Shown one piece after another: positions 16,053 through 25,718 of a DNA stretch of 64,000 bases; within the stretch, counting starts at the first letter, position 1; every line of letters starts with the position of its first letter. Origin of the DNA: an uncultured Eubacteriales bacterium (GTDB taxonomy: Bacteria > Bacillota_I > Bacilli_A > RFN20 > CAG-288); assembly GCA_900316035.1 (NCBI GenBank), contig ONBI01000001.1, forward strand, positions 23,675 to 87,674. Direction: 5' to 3'. A program made the translations under genes and the position numbers. The notes beneath the pieces are model-generated. The model did no database searches. It had not been told where the DNA came from and saw only the letters and a program-made list of their open reading frames with translations.

Positions 16053-19000
16053 TTATTCCTTCTCTTCTTTCTGCTCTTCTTTTTCCTCAATCACTTCGGA
16101 AGGAGTCAAAGAGGTCTTCTCTTCTTCTTTTTTCTTTCTCTTATCCTCGTAGACATCGAGATAGGAGCGATTGGCTTTCGAGTCGTGGATCGTGACCAAG
16201 ATGAGATCGACATAAGAGACAAGGTCTCTTAACTTCTCACTCGGCGTCGAAATGATCGCCTGAAGTCCGAACTGACGGAGAAGATCCGTCGACTGTTTGA
16301 TACGTCCGGCATCCATCTTGGAGAATGCTTCGTCGAAGATGACAAAGCGGAGCGTATTGTTATCGGCAGGGTTATTGACTCTACAAAGCTGCGCAAACGA
16401 AGCGAAGATAGAAATATAGAACGGCGTCTGGTTCTCACCGCCGGACTGGGCGTTGAAGGATCTTCCTAAGGAGATCGTTTCACTGTGGTCTCCCATCGGA
16501 CGGGTGACCAGTAAATCGAAGACGATATAGGTCGTGTAAGTCGTGAAGAGTTCGACGTTCCGTAAGACCTGTTCTCTCTGTTCACCGGAAGCCGAAGTCG
16601 AAGAGGAGATAAGGCCGAAAAGATCATCCATCGTCGCTTTATACTTCTCCATGAAGAGGCTTTCGGCATCTCCGCTTCTTAAAAGCAGAGGATCCATGAT
16701 CATGTTGTAGTATTCGAGATAATCCTTGTTCGGAGAGACCTTGAACTGATAGGTATCTCTTCCGAAATGGGAATCCTCCAAAGCTTTGTTGAGCTCCTCG
16801 ATCTGGGCGTTGACGGCTTCGATCGCGGTGCGGAGCTTATAGATGAAGTCATCCTTGAACTCGCGGACGGATTCATCGTGGGCTTTGACGATCTTCTCTT
16901 CGTAGTCGGGGAGAAGAACCTTCGAGATATTCTCTAACTCATGATCGAACTCGTAGTTGGACTTTTCGTTCTGGACATCGTAGTTGAGATGATACTGGGC
17001 GCAGTAATCGCTGCGTAACTTCAGTAAGGCTGCCCGATCGTGATTGGTCTTGTTCTGCGCCTGAATCGCTTCACGATAGGCTTCACTACGGATCTGGGCT
17101 AAAGTCATACCCTGATCGTCGAGAAGCTTTGAGAAGAAAGGTTCATACTCCTCGTTGACGACCTTTTCATCGAAGCGGTCAAGATCCGCTTTATCGCTCT
17201 GTAAGGTTCCGGAATAGGAAGGAATCTCTTCCGCGTTGAGACGGTTGGTATCGGCAAGGATCTGACCTCTTTCGGTGAGTAGTTCGTTTCTTTTTTCGGT
17301 GAGAGTTGCGATATTGTTATGGATTTCCTTGATCTTCTCTTCGACAAGAGACATATCGCCTTTGGTGAGAGAGACCATCTCCTGTTCAGTAGCGGTGATC
17401 TGCTTTTCTAAGTCACCTAAAGCCTCTTTCCGCTTGAGATCGTTCTCATAGGTTTCAAGTTCCTGCTCCGACATCAGAGGTAAAGAAAGAAGAGTCTCTA
17501 ACTTATTGAGAGCTTCGCTGAGAAGCGAATATCTCCGGTTCATATTCTGATAATCGGCGCTGGAGACGGCTTTCGCATTGCTGGAAACCTGAGTGCCTAA
17601 GAAGAAGACACGGGCATTGGCTTTATTAAGATACCAAGTCGCATAACCTCTATATCCGGTGCAATCGGAAAGAAGACCGGAGCCAGAGGCTCTTGCTTCT
17701 TCGAAAGTAGAGCACTTCTTGATTCTTCCTAAGAGGTAATCGGTATAGGCTCTTGCACCTTTATCGTCGGTATCGATCAGATTGGCGATCGAATCGGGAT
17801 TTGCCTGGATGTGATTCGCCAATAGTCTTTCGGTATCCACAAGGGAGACATGATAGTAACGATTGGAATCCGCAAGCTCCTTTAAGATGCGGTTAGCTTC
17901 TTCGTAGTAACGCGGATTGACGAAGAAATTGAATTTCTGGTTATAAAGAACCGCTTCGAGAGCTAGGGTCCATTCCGGATCATTGACATCGACAAGATCG
18001 CAATAGATATGGACATAGGCATCCGAATGACGGGCTTTTAAGGAAGTCTCTAAGGCATTCTTGATGCTGAGATATAAAGGGCCGAGCTTATCAAAAGGTT
18101 TCTTACCCTGATTGACGGCACTTAAATCACTCTGCAGAGTCTGTAACTGCTCCGAGACCTGATAGAACTCGTGGTTGAGAAGAGTCTTCACGGAGGTAGC
18201 CTGACTTCTTAACGCTTCCATATCGGTACGGAAAGAAGCAAGGGCGGCAAAGTCTAACTCGTTCTCTTTTAAAGATGCCAGTAAGGAAGAAGCTTCGTTA
18301 GAGACATCCTGCGCAAGATCAACTAAGGCATCGAAGCTCTCCTTGACGGAGGAACCGAGTTTCGAAGTATCGAAATCCTGATAATAGCGGCTGAAGTCGC
18401 TTCCGGCCTTGGCATAGGCATTGGCGTAATTGGTAAGAAGCGTCAATACGTTATTGATCTGCAACTGGATCGAAGCGGTCTGTTTGAGAAGATTATCCTT
18501 CTTCAAGGAAAGCTTCTCCGTCAAGGAATAATTCCCGGACTGAAGTTTCTTGGCGTTATAGGAATTGAGGTCCGAGTTGAGATCTTCGAGCTGTGCATCG
18601 AGTCTTGCGATTTCGTCGGAGATCGCGGTGAGTCTTTCGTTATCTTTCGCAAGACGCTCTTTTGCGCTATCGAGCTTCTTCTTCGCTTCTTCGTAGGAGA
18701 CACGGGAGTTAACGTAATTGAGCATATCGATACGCTTATCGAAAGAACGTAACTCCTCATAGGTCTCTTTGATCTTGTTGAGGGATTCGACCTTGAGTTT
18801 GAGGTTCTTGGCCTGATCCTCAAGGATCTTATACTGCTCGATATTCTTCTGCATCGGGGTGATATCGACATTCAGGTCCGCATCGCAGATATACTCCGTG
18901 ATGAAGGAGGAGATATTCGAAATCGGAGCAAAAGAGACTGCCTTCTTAAACAGGGAGAAATACTTATCCGGAAGGTTACCGAAAGCTTCCTTGGTGAAAA

Positions 19001-19553
19001 GCTGATATTCGGCATCGGTATCGAAGAAACGGAAATGGTTGACCTTATAGTTTTCTCTGACCCAAGAAGAAAGCTCCTTATACATCATCGGACGGACTTT
19101 CTTGCGGTTGGTTTCGGTATCGGAATTGGAGAAACCGTTTTCCGGGAAAGCGGAATCGAGATAGAAGTAGTGTTTATCGATACGGTCGGAAGCATCGACA
19201 TCGAAGCAGACACCTAGAGTGAATGGTCTTTTTTCGACATCGTCAAACAGCTCCATCGCGATATACGAAGTGAAAACACCGGTTCTTAAGGTGATGGTGC
19301 TACCATCGTCCTTGACACCGGTCTGGCCGCGGAGATAGGAAAGAAGCGTACGTCCGCTTCTTCCCTTTTCGTTAGCAGCCTTGTTGAAGTTATCCGGACG
19401 GGTCGACCCTAGTATCAGAATCTGCATCGCATCGATGATGGTCGATTTTCCGGTGCCGTTAGGACCGGTTAAGAACGTGATGTTTTTGATATCGGTAGTG
19501 GTGTTGGTGAAATAATGCCAGTTGATGAGACGGAGTTTCTGGATGGTTTTCAT
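16053..19553 (-). CDS. MukB/MksB-like SMC ATPase (JetC-like)
   Basis: 1166-aa ORF. N-terminal head KLRLINWHYF...FLTGPNGTGKSTIIDAMQ (Walker A), a long coiled-coil middle, QSGGENQ signature and LRFVIFDEAFSKMD Walker B at the C-terminus. Confidence 0.8.
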   Translation of the reverse strand: MKTIQKLRLINWHYFTNTTTDIKNITFLTGPNGTGKSTIIDAMQILILGSTRPDNFNKAANEKGRSGRTLLSYLRGQTGVKDDGSTITLRTGVFTSYIAMELFDDVEKRPFTLGVCFDVDASDRIDKHYFYLDSAFPENGFSNSDTETNRKKVRPMMYKELSSWVRENYKVNHFRFFDTDAEYQLFTKEAFGNLPDKYFSLFKKAVSFAPISNISSFITEYICDADLNVDITPMQKNIEQYKILEDQAKNLKLKVESLNKIKETYEELRSFDKRIDMLNYVNSRVSYEEAKKKLDSAKERLAKDNERLTAISDEIARLDAQLEDLNSDLNSYNAKKLQSGNYSLTEKLSLKKDNLLKQTASIQLQINNVLTLLTNYANAYAKAGSDFSRYYQDFDTSKLGSSVKESFDALVDLAQDVSNEASSLLASLKENELDFAALASFRTDMEALRSQATSVKTLLNHEFYQVSEQLQTLQSDLSAVNQGKKPFDKLGPLYLSIKNALETSLKARHSDAYVHIYCDLVDVNDPEWTLALEAVLYNQKFNFFVNPRYYEEANRILKELADSNRYYHVSLVDTERLLANHIQANPDSIANLIDTDDKGARAYTDYLLGRIKKCSTFEEARASGSGLLSDCTGYRGYATWYLNKANARVFFLGTQVSSNAKAVSSADYQNMNRRYSLLSEALNKLETLLSLPLMSEQELETYENDLKRKEALGDLEKQITATEQEMVSLTKGDMSLVEEKIKEIHNNIATLTEKRNELLTERGQILADTNRLNAEEIPSYSGTLQSDKADLDRFDEKVVNEEYEPFFSKLLDDQGMTLAQIRSEAYREAIQAQNKTNHDRAALLKLRSDYCAQYHLNYDVQNEKSNYEFDHELENISKVLLPDYEEKIVKAHDESVREFKDDFIYKLRTAIEAVNAQIEELNKALEDSHFGRDTYQFKVSPNKDYLEYYNMIMDPLLLRSGDAESLFMEKYKATMDDLFGLISSSTSASGEQREQVLRNVELFTTYTTYIVFDLLVTRPMGDHSETISLGRSFNAQSGGENQTPFYISIFASFAQLCRVNNPADNNTLRFVIFDEAFSKMDAGRIKQSTDLLRQFGLQAIISTPSEKLRDLVSYVDLILVTIHDSKANRSYLDVYEDKRKKKEEEKTSLTPSEVIEEKEEQKEEKE

Positions 19554-20245
19554 TCCTTATGCCCTCCTAAAGAATCGACCGGAATATCGCCGGGCTGTGC
19601 CGTAGTAGAAGGCGTATCAAAAAGCGAAGAAGAGGAAGTCTCTTCCTGAGGCTTTGTCAGCAACGCATAGAGAGCGTTGAGCTTTTCTGCCGAGATCACA
19701 TAGCGGATGGTGGGGAGAATGAAGAAAGAGTAGGAAGGATCTCCGTAGCTGTTATTGGCCTTGGTGACGATATTGAAAGCATCCAAGGTGCGTAAGGAAG
19801 AAGCGATCGTAGAGGAAGAAAGACGTTTCGAGAGATTCGATAAGCCCATCTCCTGGACAAGCTGGTTCATCTGACCGGAAGTCATGAGGACTTCGGTTTC
19901 CTGCGGAGCCTTTTCGATCTGTCCTTCATAGTAGGAGCGAAGAGCATAGACGACTAAAGTGGTCGAAGGTTCGATACGGAAGTGGTTTCTTTCCGCTCCC
20001 GAAGTGACGAAGATAACACCGTCTTCATCGTTTTTCGAAAGCTGCATATCCATGTAGGAGAGATAATCCTCGAAAGTCGAGGTATAACGTTCGATAAAGA
20101 GATAATCCGGATTGGCGCGGAACATCTTCGACTTGCGGTCATAGACCTTTCGGACGATAAAACACTCGTAGAGAAGGTCGTTTAAGACTTCCTTGAACTG
20201 AGTTTTATCGGAACGGGACATCTTTTCATAATCTTCGGTGAACAT
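19550..20245 (-). CDS. MksE/JetB-like small acidic subunit (DUF4194-like)
   Basis: 231-aa ORF. ATGA overlap with the ATPase gene. Size, acidity and position match the middle gene of mksFEB/jetABC operons. Confidence 0.55.
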   Translation of the reverse strand: MFTEDYEKMSRSDKTQFKEVLNDLLYECFIVRKVYDRKSKMFRANPDYLFIERYTSTFEDYLSYMDMQLSKNDEDGVIFVTSGAERNHFRIEPSTTLVVYALRSYYEGQIEKAPQETEVLMTSGQMNQLVQEMGLSNLSKRLSSSTIASSLRTLDAFNIVTKANNSYGDPSYSFFILPTIRYVISAEKLNALYALLTKPQEETSSSSLFDTPSTTAQPGDIPVDSLGGHKE

Positions 20246-21742
20246 TTACCTCACCCCCTTCTTAGCAGGTATTCTTGTGAATTTATACTGCGGCATATAG
20301 AAGCCGGAATATTCGACTCGGTCACTTACCTTCTCGGCTTTGAACGGTATCAGTCCGGTAACGGCCTTCAAAGTTCCCAGAATCATCAAGACGAGATCAT
20401 CGTCGCTGTTGAGCGGAATGTCGGTGTTATACATCTCGTCTTTTCCTTGCATCCACTTTTCGATGAACTGGCTGATCGCTTCATCAGAGAAGCGGTCAAG
20501 CTCATTATCGAGAAGCGAAGAGAAGCTATCGGCGCTATCGTCCGGCCCGAAATCATCGTCCATCGGAAGCGGTTCGATATCGACATCGACACTGCCGCGT
20601 TTAAAGGGCATCGCCATCGAAGCCGAATCGAGATAACCTTGACGGAAGAGTGAGATCGAATCCGTCGCTTTTCCGACCAATGGCATCTCGTCATAGTTGA
20701 GAGCCGGGTTATTCTTGATCTCGGTAGCTAAACCTAAGATGATGCGGTCGATCTTGCCTTTGACGGTCTTATCGGTCGAGGAGAGGTAATTGACCTTCTT
20801 CTGAACCGCTTCGGTATAGTTTGCATTCGCGACATCGATCTCCGAGAAGGCGGAGGAGAGACGGGAGAAGATATCGATGACCGAGGAGATGAGCTTGATG
20901 ATCTCATTAGTGAGATCGGCAGCGCTCTTTCCGCGGTTGATGCTTTCCGCTTTCGCTTCCTTGACTAAGAGAGTGACAATGCGCTCGTTCTTGATCCAGC
21001 GGTTGAGGATCGAGATCGTCGGTTGCGCATAAAGGCCTAAGGAATCAAAGGTCTTCATCGGATGGTAATACTTATCCGCGACATCTTCGCGGTATTCATC
21101 GAAGTGCTGTTTCAAAGCGACATTCGGATCGAGAACATGGGTGAGGCGGTTACCGAAGACGCAGATCTGCTGTCTTAAAAGAGTGACCGACATCTCCAGA
21201 GAGTCGGCGTTCTGTTTGGCGTTGAGAAGAGAACGGTACATATAATCGTCCTCTTTTTCATCTTCCATCTTCAGTTCCGCATAGGTCTGATGGACTAAAG
21301 GGAGGTAAGATCCGACATCGCTTGTCAGATCGTTGATGAGAGATAGGAAACGGATTGCATAAGCAGGGATATAGATAAATTCGATACCGGTCTTCGGGTC
21401 TTTGGAGAGGATAAACCAGCCGCATTTTGAGAGTTTGCGGATGACATAGCTGATTTTATAGGTAAGGACCGAAGAAGCATCCTCGGTATTGACGAAGTTA
21501 TCGGTATGGACTTCTTCCTCTTCGTCCTTATCGTCGAGACGGTCGGATTCAATGGAGAAAAGTTCCATCATCTCCGCTCCCTGGGAACGGAGAAAAGCAG
21601 CATAATCGGAGCGTTTGATATCGGTCCGATAAAGCTCAAGCATGTGATAGAGAGAAACTAAGGCGAACGCGTAAACGGCCTTATATTTCCGTGAAAGAGG
21701 AGAGAACAGTTCCTCGGGGATTTTATCAAATAATCGGTTCAT
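20246..21742 (-). CDS. MksF/JetA-like kleisin-type subunit (candidate)
   Basis: The ORF is open from GTG at 21769. The ATG at 21742 (MNRLFDK...) has an aaagg RBS. It encodes 498 aa and its stop abuts the next start (TAAATG). The assignment rests mainly on size and order. Confidence 0.5.
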   Translation of the reverse strand: MNRLFDKIPEELFSPLSRKYKAVYAFALVSLYHMLELYRTDIKRSDYAAFLRSQGAEMMELFSIESDRLDDKDEEEEVHTDNFVNTEDASSVLTYKISYVIRKLSKCGWFILSKDPKTGIEFIYIPAYAIRFLSLINDLTSDVGSYLPLVHQTYAELKMEDEKEDDYMYRSLLNAKQNADSLEMSVTLLRQQICVFGNRLTHVLDPNVALKQHFDEYREDVADKYYHPMKTFDSLGLYAQPTISILNRWIKNERIVTLLVKEAKAESINRGKSAADLTNEIIKLISSVIDIFSRLSSAFSEIDVANANYTEAVQKKVNYLSSTDKTVKGKIDRIILGLATEIKNNPALNYDEMPLVGKATDSISLFRQGYLDSASMAMPFKRGSVDVDIEPLPMDDDFGPDDSADSFSSLLDNELDRFSDEAISQFIEKWMQGKDEMYNTDIPLNSDDDLVLMILGTLKAVTGLIPFKAEKVSDRVEYSGFYMPQYKFTRIPAKKGVR

Positions 21743-21966
21743 TCCAAGCACCTTTACCTCTTGTTGCACAGAGGGACAGAATAACTTTCTAAATTATAAG
21801 CGGAACAAAAAAGGGTTACAACTGAAAAAGTAGAAAAATCTCACGCTTTTTTGAGGTTGATGAAGAAACAACTTTTCCCACTTATTCGGTGGTTGGAACA
21901 TAAACTGACACTCTTTTTTACGAAAATCAGAGACAACCCTCGCGCGCACGTTTTATAATACCGCAT

Positions 21967-22905
21967 ATGGATTGTGCTGCTACCCATTATCAAGTCCTCA
22001 CCAGAGGCTTAGGAAAGAAAAAAGAACGAGCGTTTGAGATTGATGTCCTCCGTGGCATCCCCATTTTCATCGTGGTCCTCTATCATTTCTGTTGGAGCTT
22101 CTCTTTTATGCCTTCTTTTTTCTCAAATTCGGCTACGATCCTAAAGAACAATCTGACTCTCTATGACTTCCTATCCTTCATCACTTCGATTCTCACTAAC
22201 CGACTGATTCACACTTATTTTGTCCCCTTAGTCGGAGGGCTATTCATCTTCATCTGCGGAGTATCCAGCGTCTTCTCAAGAAACAATCTGAGAAGAGGTT
22301 TCCTTCTTTTCTTAGCGGCATCGATCGTTACCCTTGCTACCTTCCTAGCCGGAGAAGTCGTCCATGAGAACTATCTCATCACGTTCGGTGTTCTTCACCT
22401 GATGGCTTTCTGCGTTCTTTTCTATGCCTTCTTTGAAAAGTTGAGCGAAGAGTTGTTCCGGAAGAAGATATCTCCGGAAATCCTGGCTCTCTTCTCTTTT
22501 GCTATCTTCCTGTTCTCTTTGATTACCTTGAGCGGATACGATCCTTTTAGGAATACTTTCTTTGAACCATGGCCTATCAAAGTGATTCACGATACTTTCT
22601 TTGACCGCTATCAAAAAGAACCTCTCACTTTCCTTACCGAACCGATAGGATTCGTCGCAGGGGATATGGATTGGTGGCCGATTTTCCCTTATCTCGGGGT
22701 ATTTCTTTTAGGAGTTGCCAATGGAAAGTGGGTCTATGAACCGAGAGGAAACAGAACCATCTTCCCGAAAGCAAAACATCTGAGAAAGATTCTTTCTCCT
22801 CTCTGTTTCATCGGTTCCCATACCATCTATATCTATATTCTTCATCAACCCATTATTATTCTTGTCCTCTTCTTTGTTTTTCTCGGATTAGGTTTCCGTA
22901 TATAA
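21967..22905 (+). CDS. Multi-pass membrane acyltransferase-like protein (DUF1624/HGSNAT-like)
   Basis: 312-aa ORF. N-terminal FEIDVLRGIPIFIVVLYHF motif and about 9 hydrophobic segments. Confidence 0.6.
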   Translation: MDCAATHYQVLTRGLGKKKERAFEIDVLRGIPIFIVVLYHFCWSFSFMPSFFSNSATILKNNLTLYDFLSFITSILTNRLIHTYFVPLVGGLFIFICGVSSVFSRNNLRRGFLLFLAASIVTLATFLAGEVVHENYLITFGVLHLMAFCVLFYAFFEKLSEELFRKKISPEILALFSFAIFLFSLITLSGYDPFRNTFFEPWPIKVIHDTFFDRYQKEPLTFLTEPIGFVAGDMDWWPIFPYLGVFLLGVANGKWVYEPRGNRTIFPKAKHLRKILSPLCFIGSHTIYIYILHQPIIILVLFFVFLGLGFRI

Positions 22906-22934
22906 TCTCCCTTGTCGGAAGAAAGGCTAACACT

Positions 22935-24545
22935 ATGGAACATAGCACACTCTATCAGGATGTCGAGCGCAATAGAAATAGGAAACAGGTCGCTTTATAT
23001 TTCCGTCACGAGAAGATCCGTTACCCGGAATTGCTCCGCCGTATCGATACCATGGCAGTACTCCTCAACAAGAGAGTAGGTATCCATAAAAACGATGTCG
23101 TCACTCTTCTTTCCCCGAATGTCCCGGAGACCGTCGTCACTTTCTATGCTTTGAATAAAATCGGCGCTATCACCTGTATCCTTCACCCTCTTCTTCCTAT
23201 CGCTGCCTTAGAGCGCACACTGAAAGAGACTTCTTCCTCTTATCTTCTTTTACTTGATGCGAGATACCCGGAATACGAGTCTCTTTTAAAAGATAACCCT
23301 GCTGTCAAAACCTATTTCCTCTCGGCAATACCGGATTTAAACGGGATTGAAAGAAGCGTCTACCGCAGGAAGAACAAAGAACTCGAAACCAAGATTCTTC
23401 CTTCCCAGCGCTTAGATTCCACCGTCAAGAGGAAAGAGAGCGAAAGAAATTCTCTCCCCATCAATACCGATGACATGAAACCTTCCGTCTATCTTCTCTC
23501 CGGGGGAACCACCGGAAGAAGCAAAACCATCGTCTTAAACGACCACGCTCTCCGTTTCCCCGGAAATCACGCCGAAGAGATCTTAGGAAAAGAACTCGGA
23601 AACGATAACTCCATGATCGGACTTCTTCCTCTTTTCCACGGTTTCGGTTTAGCGATGGGTATCCATGCTCCTCTGATGAAAGGAACCTCCTGCTTCCTTA
23701 TGCTCCGTTACGATGGAAAGACCATCGTCAAAGGAATCAAGAAAAAGAGAATCACGCTTCTTATCACGGTTCCTTATATGGCAAAGAAGCTTCTTGCCAC
23801 CAAAGGTTTCCAAGGAAAGAAGCTTCAGAATCTTTATATGACCTTCGTCGGTGCCGATAAACCTTCGCCGAACCTCTTCAAAGAATTCAATACAAGGATG
23901 GAAAAAGCCGGTTCCATCAACCGTCTTTATGAAGGTTACGGATTGACCGAAACCGTCACCGTCACTTTCGTAAACACCTTTAAGAACCATAAACAGGGAA
24001 CGGTCGGAAGACCTTTGAGCGGTGTCAAAGTGAAGATCGTCGACCCAGAGGATTATTCCCGAGTTCTACCTGCCGGAGAAGATGGTATCATCCTCATCAG
24101 CGGAGACTGTAACTGCCTCGGTTATCTTAATGCAAGAGCCGAGGAACAGCCTTTCTACACCGATAGCGATGGCATACAGTGGGTGAAAAGCGGAGATATC
24201 GGACACTTGGATGAAGACGGCTATCTCGTCTTCAAAAACCGTGAGAAGGATTCTTTCAAGATCGCCGGCTACAATGTCTTCCCGAGCGATGTCGAAGCTT
24301 TAGCCGAAGAAGTCGAAGGCGTCAATGCTTCGGCGGCTTTATATATCGAAGGCAAACATCCTTATATCCATCTCTATATCGAAAGCCATGACGGAGAAGA
24401 TTATTCTCTGGAGCAGAAAGTTCTTTCCCATCTCAAAGAGAATCTTCTTCCTTATTCGATCCCGGAGAAGATCACCGTCCTTCCCCGTTTCCCCCGTACC
24501 GCCATCGGTAAGATCGACCGGAAGAGTCTTATTCATCTGCAATAA
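22935..24545 (+). CDS. AMP-forming acyl-CoA/acyl-carrier ligase (ANL superfamily)
   Basis: 536-aa ORF with YLLSGGTTGRSK, EGYGLTE and GDIGHLDEDGYLVFKNREKD motifs. Confidence 0.8.
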   Translation: MEHSTLYQDVERNRNRKQVALYFRHEKIRYPELLRRIDTMAVLLNKRVGIHKNDVVTLLSPNVPETVVTFYALNKIGAITCILHPLLPIAALERTLKETSSSYLLLLDARYPEYESLLKDNPAVKTYFLSAIPDLNGIERSVYRRKNKELETKILPSQRLDSTVKRKESERNSLPINTDDMKPSVYLLSGGTTGRSKTIVLNDHALRFPGNHAEEILGKELGNDNSMIGLLPLFHGFGLAMGIHAPLMKGTSCFLMLRYDGKTIVKGIKKKRITLLITVPYMAKKLLATKGFQGKKLQNLYMTFVGADKPSPNLFKEFNTRMEKAGSINRLYEGYGLTETVTVTFVNTFKNHKQGTVGRPLSGVKVKIVDPEDYSRVLPAGEDGIILISGDCNCLGYLNARAEEQPFYTDSDGIQWVKSGDIGHLDEDGYLVFKNREKDSFKIAGYNVFPSDVEALAEEVEGVNASAALYIEGKHPYIHLYIESHDGEDYSLEQKVLSHLKENLLPYSIPEKITVLPRFPRTAIGKIDRKSLIHLQ

Positions 24546-24588
24546 TTCGAATAAGAGCTGTCGGAAAGCTTTATCCGAAGCGGAGTAG

Positions 24589-24870
24589 CCAAAAAGGGAC
24601 AACAGGAAGGTGTTCTACACCAACAACGCCTACCGATCGACCGACAAGGCCCACTGCGAACGCAACCACGAGCTCTTCCGCTACATCATGCCTAAGGGTA
24701 ACAGCCTCGATTCCCTTAGCCAGGAGGATATAGACTCCTCCTTCTCCGACAGCAATTCCTACGCAAGAAAGGAACTTAACGGGAAAAGCCCCTGCGAACT
24801 GTTCGCAAGGGCCTTTTCCGAAGAAGTTCTGAAGCGTCTCGGTATTACTAAGAAAAATCCCGATGACTAG
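24589..24870 (+). pseudogene. C-terminal remnant of an IS30-family transposase
   Basis: Reading frame open from 24589 with no plausible start. VFYTNNAYRSTDKAHCERNHELFRYIMPKGNSLDSLSQEDI...LNGKSPCELF resembles the IS30 C-terminal block. Confidence 0.55.
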
Positions 24871-24899
24871 GATAACGAATAGAAAGTATGTTCCGTTTC

Positions 24900-25718
24900 T
24901 CAGCTTTTCTTCTCGGGTTTCGTATAGAGAAGAACTTTCCTGGTCTTCTTTTCGGAATACTTGTTGTGACTCATCACCAGAGCGAAGTCCTGTTTCTTCT
25001 CTTCGTCTACCATCTCCCGGACTCTTCTTTTTACTTCCTCAGCGATATCTTTGGTCGTCAGGGAAGCATAGTCCTCGGGAAGCAAAGGTTTTCCATAGGT
25101 TATCTGAATCGGATAACGGTGATAGTGATAATGAGGATCTAAGACTCTGGCGGGAAGATAAAGAGCAAAAGGAACAATCGGAAGAGAAGCGCGGGTTGCG
25201 ATCTGGAAAGCACCCGGTTTAAAGGTACCTAGAGCATAATCCGGTCCTTTGCTTCTTGTTCCTTCGGGGAAGATGATATAACTGAGTTCTGGATTCTCTT
25301 TGAGTTGATCGACGATCTTTTTAAAGACCGTCAGTTCACTTCTAAGATCTTCTCTATCTAAGAAGGCTCCTTCCATACATTCCTGCGCTCTTCCGATGAT
25401 GAAGAACTTCCTGATCTCTTTCTTCGCTAGGAAAGTGACAAGACGGTCGGAGACGGTAAGCATCGCAAGAGGATCGTAATTGGAGGTGTGGTTTCCATAG
25501 TAAACCACCTGTCCTTCTGGGACATTCTCCTGACCTTTGACAAGCAGGTCGGCGCGGAGTGCCCCTTTTGCCAGTTTCCTAAGAAGATTCTTAAAATAGG
25601 CTTCTCTTACTTCTAAAGGGTATTTCTTCTTATCTTTGAGGAAACGGCTGAGCTTATGGTTAGCCGCTAAAACCTGTATTCCCCCTTCTAACCCTAAACG
25701 GAGATACTTCATACTCAT
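24900..25718 (-). CDS. plsC: 1-acyl-sn-glycerol-3-phosphate acyltransferase
   Basis: 272-aa ORF with NHTSNYDP (HX4D) and FPEGTRS motifs. Confidence 0.8.
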   Translation of the reverse strand: MSMKYLRLGLEGGIQVLAANHKLSRFLKDKKKYPLEVREAYFKNLLRKLAKGALRADLLVKGQENVPEGQVVYYGNHTSNYDPLAMLTVSDRLVTFLAKKEIRKFFIIGRAQECMEGAFLDREDLRSELTVFKKIVDQLKENPELSYIIFPEGTRSKGPDYALGTFKPGAFQIATRASLPIVPFALYLPARVLDPHYHYHRYPIQITYGKPLLPEDYASLTTKDIAEEVKRRVREMVDEEKKQDFALVMSHNKYSEKKTRKVLLYTKPEKKS

